Of a DNA stretch of 64,000 bases, positions 23,212 through 36,200 are shown in pieces. Each line of letters begins with the position of its first letter. Within the stretch, counting starts at the first letter, position 1. The notes beneath the pieces were generated by a model. It worked only from the letters and a program-made list of their open reading frames with translations, did not search any database and was not told where the DNA came from. The stretch is from Bugula neritina (Eukaryota > Animalia > Bryozoa). The DNA lies in NCBI GenBank assembly GCA_964035545.1, contig CAXIUT010000103.1, forward strand, positions 372,001-436,000, given 5' to 3'. Both the position numbers and the translations under genes were made by a program.

Positions 23212-26200
23212 TGGTGTCTTTGAAGCAGGCATCAAGTTTTGCATAAAAAAATTTATCAAGTATCTAAACACATGCAAGTGATGAGTTTGGAGATATTATT
23301 TAAAACTACAAAAGTTTCCATGCCGCTTGTAAATCAAAAGTGGACAATTGCTGCAAACACCTCTTTTCATGGAATGACTCATTTATTTCTCATATGTTTG
23401 CAAAGGCATCTAAAATTAGTTTTTGCTCTAGCAAAATATAACACTGTGAAATGGCGCTGCAGATGAGCTTTCTCTTTGAATATGAAAACTGATGATTGAA
23501 GAGCAATATAGTCTACTAACAAAATGGGTTTTAGCAGTGACTCATCTCCACTGCCTGTAAACTATAAAGCTTCAAATCGTATACTGTAGGCCCATGGGCC
23601 AACTCTAGAACAATAACACAATTCACATGAGTCAGGATTGCTGGTTGTTAGAGGGGACAGGGGGGGGGCAGGAGAGGGGATGGGAAAATAAAACATCTAA
23701 ATTCAATAGTAAAAGCGGGTGTACAATGCAAAGGTCTTCCAGCATCACTGGTATTTCCATAATAACTGCAAGGCCAAACTTTTGCTGATGGACAATCAGA
23801 CAGAAAAACTCTTGCAAATAACAAAACAAATATTAGCCTGTGTCTGCTTCTTATAAACACAAAGAACAAAATTTTGGGAAAGATAACTCCCAACACACCT
23901 ATCTTGCAACTGGTGCTGGTGCAATGAAATTGAAGGGTTATGTTTCATAGTCATATTTTCAACTAGTACTTCTAACTGCAAAGAAATAACATTGCAGAAA
24001 AAAGTGAAGATGTGAAGCACTGTAGATTTATGGTAAGTTCTAATATGCATTTGATATTATTTATTTGTCCAGAAAATAATATTATATTATATTTTATTCT
24101 ACTCAGTAGTACCAACAATGAATATTTTATCATTGTTTATGGCAGTCGTGAATCTCAACAATGAATAATAATAATATGCATTGTCAATTTTCAAGAAGTA
24201 GCAGTCTTCAGTCAGCCCTCTCTAGTTCAAGATGGGCATCACTATACACACAAGAGTTAAGAACTTTAATGAGTCCTGTCAGCTAACCAGCTCATGAAGT
24301 CTACACAGTTTGATTGCAGGCGTTTGCATTTGACATTAGGACTAAAGTGTTGACTACATGGAGATTTCAACTTCAATTGTTAATCAACTAATTGTTTTGG
24401 ATCTACTTGTTACATCTGGCTTACTCTTTCTGGTAGGTTTATTTCATTAACTTTCTAGACTGATTTTCTTAACTTTCTGAAGAGTTTGTTGTGATGCGAA
24501 ATATTACCAAATATCTCATGGCAACATGCCAATACAGTTAACACAGTAATTAAGCACTGGTGTCTTTGAAGCAGGCATCAAGTTTTGCATAAAAAAATTT
24601 ATCAAGTATCTAAACACATGCAAGTGATGAGTTTGGAGATATTATTTAAAACTACAAAAGTTTCCATGCCGCTTGTAAATCAAAAGTGGACAATTGCTGC
24701 AAACACCTCTTTTCATGGAATGACTCATTTATTTCTCATATGTTTGCAAAAGCATCTAAAATTAGTTTTTGCTCTAGCAAAATATAACACTGTGAAATGG
24801 CGCTGCAGATGAGCTTTCTCTTTTAATATGAAAACTGATGATTGAAGAGCAATATAGTCTACTAACAAAATGGGTTTTAGCAGTGACTCATCTCCACTGC
24901 CTGTAAACTATAAAGCTTCAAATCGTATACTGCAGGCCCATGGGCCAACTCTAGAACAATAACACAATTCACATGAGTCAGGATTGCTGGTTGTTAGAGG
25001 GGACAGGGGCGCAGGAGAGGGGATGGGAAAATAAAACATCTAAATTCAATAGTAAAGGCGGGTGTACAATGCAAAGGTCTTCCAGCATCACTGGTATTTC
25101 CATAATAACTGCAAGGCCAAACTTTTGCTGATGGACAATCAGACAGAAAAACTCTTGCAAATAACAAAACTAATATTAGCCTGTGTCTGCTTCGTATAAA
25201 CACAAAGAACAAAATTTTGGGAAAGATAACTCCCAACACACCTATCTTGCAACCGGTGCTGGTGCAATGAAATTGAAGGGCTATGTTTAATAGTCCTATA
25301 TTCAGCTAGTACTTCTAACTAGAAAGAAATAACATTGCCGGAAAAGTTGAAGAGGTGAAGCACTGTAGAGTTATGGCAAGTTAGATTCTCTATATGATAT
25401 TATTTATCTGTCAAGAAAATATTATATTATATTTTATTCTACTCACTAGTACCAACAATGAATATTTTATCATTGTTTATGGCAGTCGTGAATCTCAACA
25501 ATGAATAATAATAATACGCATTGTCAATTTTCACAAAGTAGCAGTCTTCAGTCAGCCCTCTCTAGTTCAAGATGGGCATCACTATACACACAAGAGTTAA
25601 GAACTTTAATGAGTCCTGTCAGGTAACCAGCTCATGAAGTCTACACAGTTTGGTTGCAGACGTTTGCATTTGACATTAGGATTAAAGTGTTCACTACATG
25701 GAGACTTCAACTTCAATTGTTAATCAACTTGTTTTGGATCTACTTGTCACATCTGGCTTACTCTCTCTGGTAGGTTTATTTCATTAACTTTCTAGACTGA
25801 TTTTCTTAACTTTCTGAAGAGTTTGTTGTGATGCGAAATATATTGCCAAATATCTCATGGCAACGTGCCAATACAGTTAACACAGTAATTAAGCACTGGT
25901 GTCTTTGAAGCAGGCATCAAGTTATGCATAAAAATGTTCATCAAGTATCTAAACACATGCAAGTGATGAGTTTGGAGATATTATTTAAAACTACAAAAGT
26001 TTCCATGCCGCGTGTAAATCAAAAGTGGACAAGTGCTGCAAACACCTCTTTTCATAGAATGACTCATTTATTTCTCATATGTTTGCAAAGGCATCTAAAA
26101 TTAGTTATTGCTCTAGCAAAATATAACACTGTGAAATGGCGCTGCAGATGAGCTTTCTCTTTTAATATGAAAACTGATGATTGAAGAGCAATATAGTCTA

Positions 26201-27265
26201 CTAATAAAATGGGTTTCAGCAGTGACTCATCTCCACTGCCTGTAAACTATAAAGCTTCAAATCGTATACTGTAGGCCCATGGGCCAACTCTAGAACAATA
26301 ACACAATTCACATGAGTCAGGATTGCTGGTTGTTAGAGGGGGCAGGGGGCAGGAGAGGGGATGGGAAAATAAAACATCTAAATTCAATAGTAAAGGCGGG
26401 TGTACAATGCAAAGGTCTTCCAGCATCACTGGTATTTCCATAATAACTGCAAGGCCAAACTTTTGCTGATGGACAATCAGACAGAAAAACTCTTGCAAAT
26501 AACAAAACTAATATTAGCCTGTGTCTGCTTCTTATAAACACAAAGAACAAAATTTTGGGAAAGATAACTCCCAACACACCTATCTTGCAACTGGTGCTGG
26601 TGCAATGAAATTGAAGGGTTATGTTTCATAGTCATATTTTCAACTAGTACTTCTAACTGCAAAGAAATAACATTGCAGAAAAAAGTGAAGATGTGAAGCA
26701 CTGTAGATTTATGGTAAGTTATAATATGCATTTGATATTATTTATTTGTCCAGAAAATAATATTATATTATATTTTATTCTACTCAGTAGTACCAACAAT
26801 GAATATTTTATCATTGTTTATGGCAGTCGTGAATCTCAACAATGAATAATAATAATATGCATTGTCAATTTTCACAAAGTAGCAGTCTTCAGTCAGCCCT
26901 CTCTAGTTCAAGATGGGCATCACTATACACACAAGAGTTAAGAACTTTAATGAGTCCTGTCAGCTAACCAGCTCATGAAGTCTACACAGTTTGATTGCAG
27001 GCGTTTGCATTTGACATTAGGACTAAAGTGTTGACTACATGGAGATTTCAACTTCAATTGTTAATCAACTAATTGTTTTGGATCTACTTGTTACATCTGG
27101 CTTACTCTTTCTGGTAGGTTTATTTCATTAACTTTCTAGACTGATTTTCTTAACTTTCTGAAGAGTTTGTTGTGATGCGAAATATTACCAAATATCTCAT
27201 GGCAACATGCCAATACAGTTAACACAGTAATTAAGCACTGGTGTCTTTGAAGCAGGCATCAAGTT

Positions 27266-30200
27266 TTGCATAAAAAAATTTATCAAGTATCTAAACACAT
27301 GCAAGTGATGAGTTTGGAGATATTATTTAAAACTACAAAAGTTTCCATGCCGCTTGTAAATCAAAAGTGGACAATTGCTGCAAACACCTCTTTTCATGGA
27401 ATGACTCATTTATTTCTCATATGTTTGCAAAGGCATCTAAAATTAGTTTTTGCTCTAGCAAAATATAACACTGTGAAATGGCGCTGCAGATGAGCTTTCT
27501 CTTTGAATATGAAAACTGATGATTGAAGAGCAATATAGTCTACTAACAAAATGGGTTTTAGCAGTGACTCATCTCCACTGCCTGTAAACTATAAAGCTTC
27601 AAATCGTATACTGTAGGCCCATGGGCCAACTCTAGAACAATAACACAATTCACATGAGTCAGGATTGCTGGTTGTTAGAGGGGACAGGGGGGGGGGCAGG
27701 AGAGGGGATGGGAAAATAAAACATCTAAATTCAATAGTAAAAGCGGGTGTACAATGCAAAGGTCTTCCAGCATCACTGGTATTTCCATAATAACTGCAAG
27801 GCGCAAACTTTTGCTGATGGACAATCAGACAGAAAAACTCTTGCAAATAACAAAACTAATATTAGCCTGTGTCTGCTTCGTATAAACACCAAGAACAAAA
27901 TTTTAGGAAAGATAACTCCCAACACACCTATCTTGCAACTGGTGCTGGTGCAAAGAAATTGAAGGGTTATGTTTCATAGTCATATATTCAGCTAGTACTT
28001 CTAACTGCAAAGGAGTAACATTGCAGAAAAAGGTGAAGATGTGAAGCACTGTAGATTTATGGTAAGTTATAATATGCATTTGATATTACTTATCTGTCCA
28101 GAAAACAATAATATTATATTATATTTTATTCTACTCAGTAGTACCAACAATGAATATTTTATCATTGTTTATGGCAATCGTGAATCTCAACAATGAATAA
28201 TAATAATGTGCATTGTCAATTTTCACAAAATAGCAGTCTTCAGTCAGCCCTCTCTAGTTCAAGATGGGCATCACTATACACACAAGAGTTAAGAACTTTA
28301 ATGAGTCCTGTCAGCTAACCAGCTCATGAAGTCTACACAGTTTGGTTGCAGACGTTTGCATTTGACATTAGGACTAAAGTGTTGACTACATGGAGATTTC
28401 AACTTCAATTGTTAATCAACTTGTTTTGGATCTACTTGTTACATCTGGCTTACTCTCTCTGGTAGGTTTATTTCATTAACTTTCTATACTGATTTTCTTA
28501 ACTTTCTGAAGAGTTTGTTGTGATGCGAAATATATTACCAAATATCTCATGGCAACGTGCCAATACAGTTAACACAGTAATTAAGCACTGGTGTCTTTGA
28601 AGCAGGCATCAAGTTTTGCATAAAAAAATTTATCAAGTATCTAAACACATGCAAGTGATGAGTTTGGAGATATTATTTAAAACTACAAAAGTTTCCATGC
28701 TGCGTGTAAATCAAAAGTGGACAAGTGCTGCAAACACCTCTTTTCATAGAATGACTCATTTATTTCTCATATGTTTGCAAAGGCATCTAAAATTAGTTAT
28801 TGCTCTAGCAAAATATAACACTGTGAAATGGCGCTGCAGATGAGTTTTCTCTTTTAATATGAAAACTGATGATTGAAGAGCAATATAGTCTACTAATAAA
28901 TTGGGTTTCAGCAGTGACTCATCTCCACTGCCTGTAAACTATAAATCTTCAAATCGTATACTGTAGGCCCATGGTCCAACTCTAAAACAATAACACATTT
29001 CACATGAGTCAGGATTACTGGTTGTTAGAAGGGACAGGGGGGCAGGAGAGGGGAGGGGAAAATAAAACATCTAAATTTAATAGTAAAGGCGGGTGTACAA
29101 TGCAAAGGTCTTCCAGCATCACTGATATTTCCATAATAACTGCAAGGCGCAAGCTCCTGCTGATGGACAATATGACAGAAAAACTCTTTCAAATAAGTAA
29201 ACTAATATTAGCCTGTGTCTGCTTCGTATAAACGCCAAGAACAAACTTTTAGGAAAGATAACTCCCACCACACCTATCTTGCAACCGGTGCTAGTGCAAT
29301 GAAATTGAAGGGCTATGTTTCATAGTCCTATATTCAGCTAGTACTTCTAACTAGAAAGAAATAACATTGCCGGAAAAGTTGAAGAGGTGAAGCACTGTAG
29401 AGTTATGGCAAGTTAGATTCTCTATATGATATTATTTATCTGTCAAGAAAATATTATATTATATTTTATTCTACTCACTAGTACCAACAATGAATATTTT
29501 ATCATTGTTTATGGCAGTCGTGAATCTCAACAATGAATAATAATAATATGCATTGTCAATTTTCACAAAGTAGCAGTCTTCAGTCAGCCCTCTCTAGTTC
29601 AAGATGGGCATCACTATACACACAAGAGTTAAGAACTTTAATGAGTCCTGTCAGGTAACCAGCTCATGAAGTCTACACAGTTTGGTTGCAGACGTTTGCA
29701 TTTGACATTAGGATTAAAGTGTTCACTACATGGAGACTTCAACTTCAATTGTTAATCAACTTGTTTTGGATCTACTTGTCACATCTGGCTTACGCTCTCT
29801 GGTAGGTTTATTTCATTAACTTTCTAGACTGATTTTCTTAACTTTCTGAAGAGTTTGTTGTGATGCGAAATATATTGCCAAATATCTCATGGCAACGTGC
29901 CAATACAGTTAACACAGTAATTAAGCACTGGTGTCTTTGAAGCAGGCATCAAGTTATGCATAAAAATGTTCATCAAGTATCTAAACACATGCAAGTGATG
30001 AGTTTGGAGATATTATTTAAAACTACAAAAGTTTCCATGCCGCGTGTAAATCAAAAGTGGACAAGTGCTGCAAACACCTCTTTTCATAGAATGACTCATT
30101 TATTTCTCATATGTTTGCAAAGGCATCTAAAATTAGTTATTGCTCTAGCAAAATATAACACTGTGAAATGGCGCTGCAGATGAGCTTTCTCTTTTAATAT

Positions 30201-33200
30201 GAAAACTGATGATTGAAGAGCAATATAGTCTACTAATAAAATGGGTTTTAGCAGTGACTCATCTCCACTGCCTGTAAACTATAAAGCTTCAAATCGTATA
30301 CTGTAGGCCCATGGGCCAACTCTAGCACAATAACACAATTCACATGAGTCAGGATTGCTGGTTGTTAGAGGGGACAGGGGGGGCAGGAGAGGGGATGGGA
30401 AAATAAAACATCTAAATTCAATAGTAAAAGCCGGTGTACAATGCAAAGGTCTTCCAGCATCACTGGTATTTCCATAATAACTGCAAGGCGCAAACTTTTG
30501 CTGATGGACAATCAGACAGAAAAACTCTTGCAAATAACAAAACTAATATTAGCCTGTGTCTGCTTCGTATAAACACCAAGAACAAAATTTTAGGAAAGAT
30601 AACTCCCAACACACCTATCTTGCAACTGGTGCTGGTGCAAAGAAATTGAAGGGTTATGTTTCATAGTCATATATTCAGCTAGTACTTCTAACTGCAAAGG
30701 AGTAACATTGCAGAAAAAGGTGAAGATGTGAAGCACTGTAGATTTATGGTAAGTTATAATATGCATTTGATATTACTTATCTGTCCAGAAAACAATAATA
30801 TTATATTATATTTTATTCTACTCAGTAGTACCAACAATGAATATTTTATCATTGTTTATGGCAATCGTGAATCTCAACAATGAATAATAATAATGTGCAT
30901 TGTCAATTTTCACAAAATAGCAGTCTTCAGTCAGCCCTCTCTAGTTCAAGATGGGCATCACTATACACACAAGAGTTAAGAACTTTAATGAGTCCTGTCA
31001 GCTAACCAGCTCATGAAGTCTACACAGTTTGGTTGCAGACGTTTGCATTTGACATTAGGACTAAAGTGTTGACTACATGGAGATTTCAACTTCAATTGTT
31101 AATCAACTTGTTTTGGATCTACTTGTTACATCTGGCTTACTCTCTCTGGTAGGTTTATTTCATTAACTTTCTATACTGATTTTCTTAACTTTCTGAAGAG
31201 TTTGTTGTGATGCGAAATATATTACCAAATATCTCATGGCAACGTGCCAATACAGTTAACACAGTAATTAAGCACTGGTGTCTTTGAAGCAGGCATCAAG
31301 TTTTGCATAAAAAAATTTATCAAGTATCTAAACACATGCAAGTGATGAGTTTGGAGATATTATTTAAAACTACAAAAGTTTCCATGCTGCGTGTAAATCA
31401 AAAGTGGACAAGTGCTGCAAACACCTCTTTTCATAGAATGACTCATTTATTTCTCATATGTTTGCAAAGGCATCTAAAATTAGTTATTGCTCTAGCAAAA
31501 TATAACACTGTGAAATGGCGCTGCAGATGAGTTTTCTCTTTTAATATGAAAACTGATGATTGAAGAGCAATATAGTCTACTAATAAATTGGGTTTCAGCA
31601 GTGACTCATCTCCACTGCCTGTAAACTATAAATCTTCAAATCGTATACTGTAGGCCCATGGTCCAACTCTAAAACAATAACACATTTCACATGAGTCAGG
31701 ATTACTGGTTGTTAGAAGGGACAGGGGGGCAGGAGAGGGGAGGGGAAAATAAAACATCTAAATTTAATAGTAAAGGCGGGTGTACAATGCAAAGGTCTTC
31801 CAGCATCACTGATATTTCCATAATAACTGCAAGGCGCAAGCTCCTGCTGATGGACAATATGACAGAAAAACTCTTTCAAATAAGTAAACTAATATTAGCC
31901 TGTGTCTGCTTCGTATAAACGCCAAGAACAAACTTTTAGGAAAGATAACTCCCACCACACCTATCTTGCAACCGGTGCTAGTGCAATGAAATTGAAGGGC
32001 TATGTTTCATAGTCCTATATTCAGCTAGTACTTCTAACTAGAAAGAAATAACATTGCCGGAAAAGTTGAAGAGGTGAAGCACTGTAGAGTTATGGCAAGT
32101 TAGATTCTCTATATGATATTATTTATCTGTCAAGAAAATATTATATTATATTTTATTCTACTCACTAGTACCAACAATGAATATTTTATCATTGTTTATG
32201 GCAGTCGTGAATCTCAACAATGAATAATAATAATATGCATTGTCAATTTTCACAAAGTAGCAGTCTTCAGTCAGCCCTCTCTAGTTCAAGATGGGCATCA
32301 CTATACACACAAGAGTTAAGAACTTTAATGAGTCCTGTCAGGTAACCAGCTCATGAAGTCTACACAGTTTGGTTGCAGACGTTTGCATTTGACATTAGGA
32401 TTAAAGTGTTCACTACATGGAGACTTCAACTTCAATTGTTAATCAACTTGTTTTGGATCTACTTGTCACATCTGGCTTACGCTCTCTGGTAGGTTTATTT
32501 CATTAACTTTCTAGACTGATTTTCTTAACTTTCTGAAGAGTTTGTTGTGATGCGAAATATATTGCCAAATATCTCATGGCAACGTGCCAATACAGTTAAC
32601 ACAGTAATTAAGCACTGGTGTCTTTGAAGCAGGCATCAAGTTATGCATAAAAATGTTCATCAAGTATCTAAACACATGCAAGTGATGAGTTTGGAGATAT
32701 TATTTAAAACTACAAAAGTTTCCATGCCGCGTGTAAATCAAAAGTGGACAAGTGCTGCAAACACCTCTTTTCATAGAATGACTCATTTATTTCTCATATG
32801 TTTGCAAAGGCATCTAAAATTAGTTATTGCTCTAGCAAAATATAACACTGTGAAATGGCGCTGCAGATGAGCTTTCTCTTTTAATATGAAAACTGATGAT
32901 TGAAGAGCAATATAGTCTACTAATAAAATGGGTTTTAGCAGTGACTCATCTCCACTGCCTGTAAACTATAAAGCTTCAAATCGTATACTGTAGGCCCATG
33001 GGCCAACTCTAGCACAATAACACAATTCACATGAGTCAGGATTGCTGGTTGTTAGAGGGGACAGGGGGGGCAGGAGAGGGGATGGGAAAATAAAACATCT
33101 AAATTCAATAGTAAAAGCCGGTGTACAATGCAAAGGTCTTCCAGCATCACTGGTATTTCCATAATAACTGCAAGGCCAAACTTTTGCTGATGGACAATCA

Positions 33201-36200
33201 GACAGAAAAACTCTTGCAAATAACAAAACTAATATTAGCCTGTGTCTGCTTCTTATAAACACAAAGAACAAAATTTTGGGAAAGATAACTCCCAACACAC
33301 CTATCTTGCAACTGGTGCTGGTGCAATGAAATTGAAGGGTTATGTTTCATAGTCATATTTTCAACTAGTACTTCTAACTGCAAAGAAATAACATTGCAGA
33401 AAAAAGTGAAGATGTGAAGCACTGTAGATTTATGGTAAGTTATAATATGCATTTGATATTATTTATTTGTCCAGAAAATAATATTATATTATATTTTATT
33501 CTACTCAGTAGTACCAACAATGAATATTTTATCATTGTTTATGGCAGTCGTGAATCTCAACAATGAATAATAATAATATGCATTGTCAATTTTCACAAAG
33601 TAGCAGTCTTCAGTCAGCCCTCTCTAGTTCAAGATGGGCATCACTATACACACAAGAGTTAAGAACTTTAATGAGTCCTGTCAGCTAACCAGCTCATGAA
33701 GTCTACACAGTTTGATTGCAGGCGTTTGCATTTGACATTAGGACTAAAGTGTTGACTACATGGAGATTTCAACTTCAATTGTTAATCAACTAATTGTTTT
33801 GGATCTACTTGTTACATCTGGCTTACTCTTTCTGGTAGGTTTATTTCATTAACTTTCTAGACTGATTTTCTTAACTTTCTGAAGAGTTTGTTGTGATGCG
33901 AAATATTACCAAATATCTCATGGCAACATGCCAATACAGTTAACACAGTAATTAAGCACTGGTGTCTTTGAAGCAGGCATCAAGTTTTGCATAAAAAAAC
34001 TTATCAAGTATCTAAACACATGCAAGTGATGAGTTTGGAGATATTATTTAAAACTACAAAAGTTTCCATGCCGCTTGTAAATCAAAAGTGGACAATTGCT
34101 GCAAACACCTCTTTTCATGGAATGACTCATTTATTTCTCATATGTTTGCAAAGGCATCTAAAATTAGTTATTGCTCTAGCAAAATATAACACTGTGAAAT
34201 GGCGCTGCAGATGAGCTTTCTCTTTTAATATGAAAACTGATGATTGAAGAGCAATATAGCCTACTATTAAAATGGGTTTCAGCAGTGACTCATCTCCACT
34301 GCCTGTAAACTATAAATCTTCAAATCGTATACTGTAGGCCCATGGTCCAACTCTAAAACAATAACACATTTCACATGAGTCAGGATTACTGGTTGTTAGA
34401 AGGGACAGGGGGGCAGGAGAGGGGAGGGGAAAATAAAACATCTAAATTTAATAGTAAAGGCGGGTGTACAATGCAAAGGTCTTCCAGCATCACTGATATT
34501 TCCATAATAACTGCAAGGCGCAAGCTCCTGCTGATGGACAATATGACAGAAAAACTCTTTCAAATAAGTAAACTAATATTAGCCTGTGTCTGCTTCGTAT
34601 AAACGCCAAGAACAAACTTTTAGGAAAGATAACTCCCACCACACCTATCTTGCAACCGGTGCTAGTGCAATGAAATTGAAGGGCTATGTTTCATAGTCCT
34701 ATATTCAGCTAGTACTTCTAACTAGAAAGAAATAACATTGCCGGAAAAGTTGAAGAGGTGAAGCACTGTAGAGTTATGGCAAGTTAGATTCTCTATATGA
34801 TATTATTTATCTGTCAAGAAAATATTATATTATATTTTATTCTACTCACTAGTACCAACAATGAATATTTTATCATTGTTTATGGCAGTCGTGAATCTCA
34901 ACAATGAATAATAATAATATGCATTGTCAATTTTCACAAAGTAGCAGTCTTCAGTCAGCCCTCTCTAGTTCAAGATGGGCATCACTATACACACAAGAGT
35001 TAAGAACTTTAATGAGTCCTGTCAGGTAACCAGCTCATGAAGTCTACACAGTTTGGTTGCAGACGTTTGCATTTGACATTAGGATTAAAGTGTTCACTAC
35101 ATGGAGACTTCAACTTCAATTGTTAATCAACTTGTTTTGGATCTACTTGTCACATCTGGCTTACGCTCTCTGGTAGGTTTATTTCATTAACTTTCTAGAC
35201 TGATTTTCTTAACTTTCTGAAGAGTTTGTTGTGATGCGAAATATATTGCCAAATATCTCATGGCAACGTGCCAATACAGTTAACACAGTAATTAAGCACT
35301 GGTGTCTTTGAAGCAGGCATCAAGTTATGCATAAAAATGTTCATCAAGTATCTAAACACATGCAAGTGATGAGTTTGGAGATATTATTTAAAACTACAAA
35401 AGTTTCCATGCCGCGTGTAAATCAAAAGTGGACAAGTGCTGCAAACACCTCTTTTCATAGAATGACTCATTTATTTCTCATATGTTTGCAAAGGCATCTA
35501 AAATTAGTTATTGCTCTAGCAAAATATAACACTGTGAAATGGCGCTGCAGATGAGCTTTCTCTTTTAATATGAAAACTGATGATTGAAGAGCAATATAGT
35601 CTACTAATAAAATGGGTTTTAGCAGTGACTCATCTCCACTGCCTGTAAACTATAAAGCTTCAAATCGTATACTGTAGGCCCATGGGCCAACTCTAGCACA
35701 ATAACACAATTCACATGAGTCAGGATTGCTGGTTGTTAGAGGGGACAGGGGGGGCAGGAGAGGGGATGGGAAAATAAAACATCTAAATTCAATAGTAAAA
35801 GCCGGTGTACAATGCAAAGGTCTTCCAGCATCACTGGTATTTCCATAATAACTGCAAGGCGCAAACTTTTGCTGATGGACAATCAGACAGAAAAACTCTT
35901 GCAAATAACAAAACTAATATTAGCCTGTGTCTGCTTCGTATAAACACCAAGAACAAAATTTTAGGAAAGATAACTCCCAACACACCTATCTTGCAACTGG
36001 TGCTGGTGCAAAGAAATTGAAGGGTTATGTTTCATAGTCATATATTCAGCTAGTACTTCTAACTGCAAAGGAGTAACATTGCAGAAAAAGGTGAAGATGT
36101 GAAGCACTGTAGATTTATGGTAAGTTATAATATGCATTTGATATTACTTATCTGTCCAGAAAACAATAATATTATATTATATTTTATTCTACTCAGTAGT

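Noticed and set aside
27747-27962. LLRINTKNKILGKITPNTPILQLVLV loosely resembles a dUTPase C-terminal segment
   Set aside because: The diagnostic motifs (RSG/RSS, GxIDxDYxG) are absent. An HHpred search would be needed, and I expect no hit.
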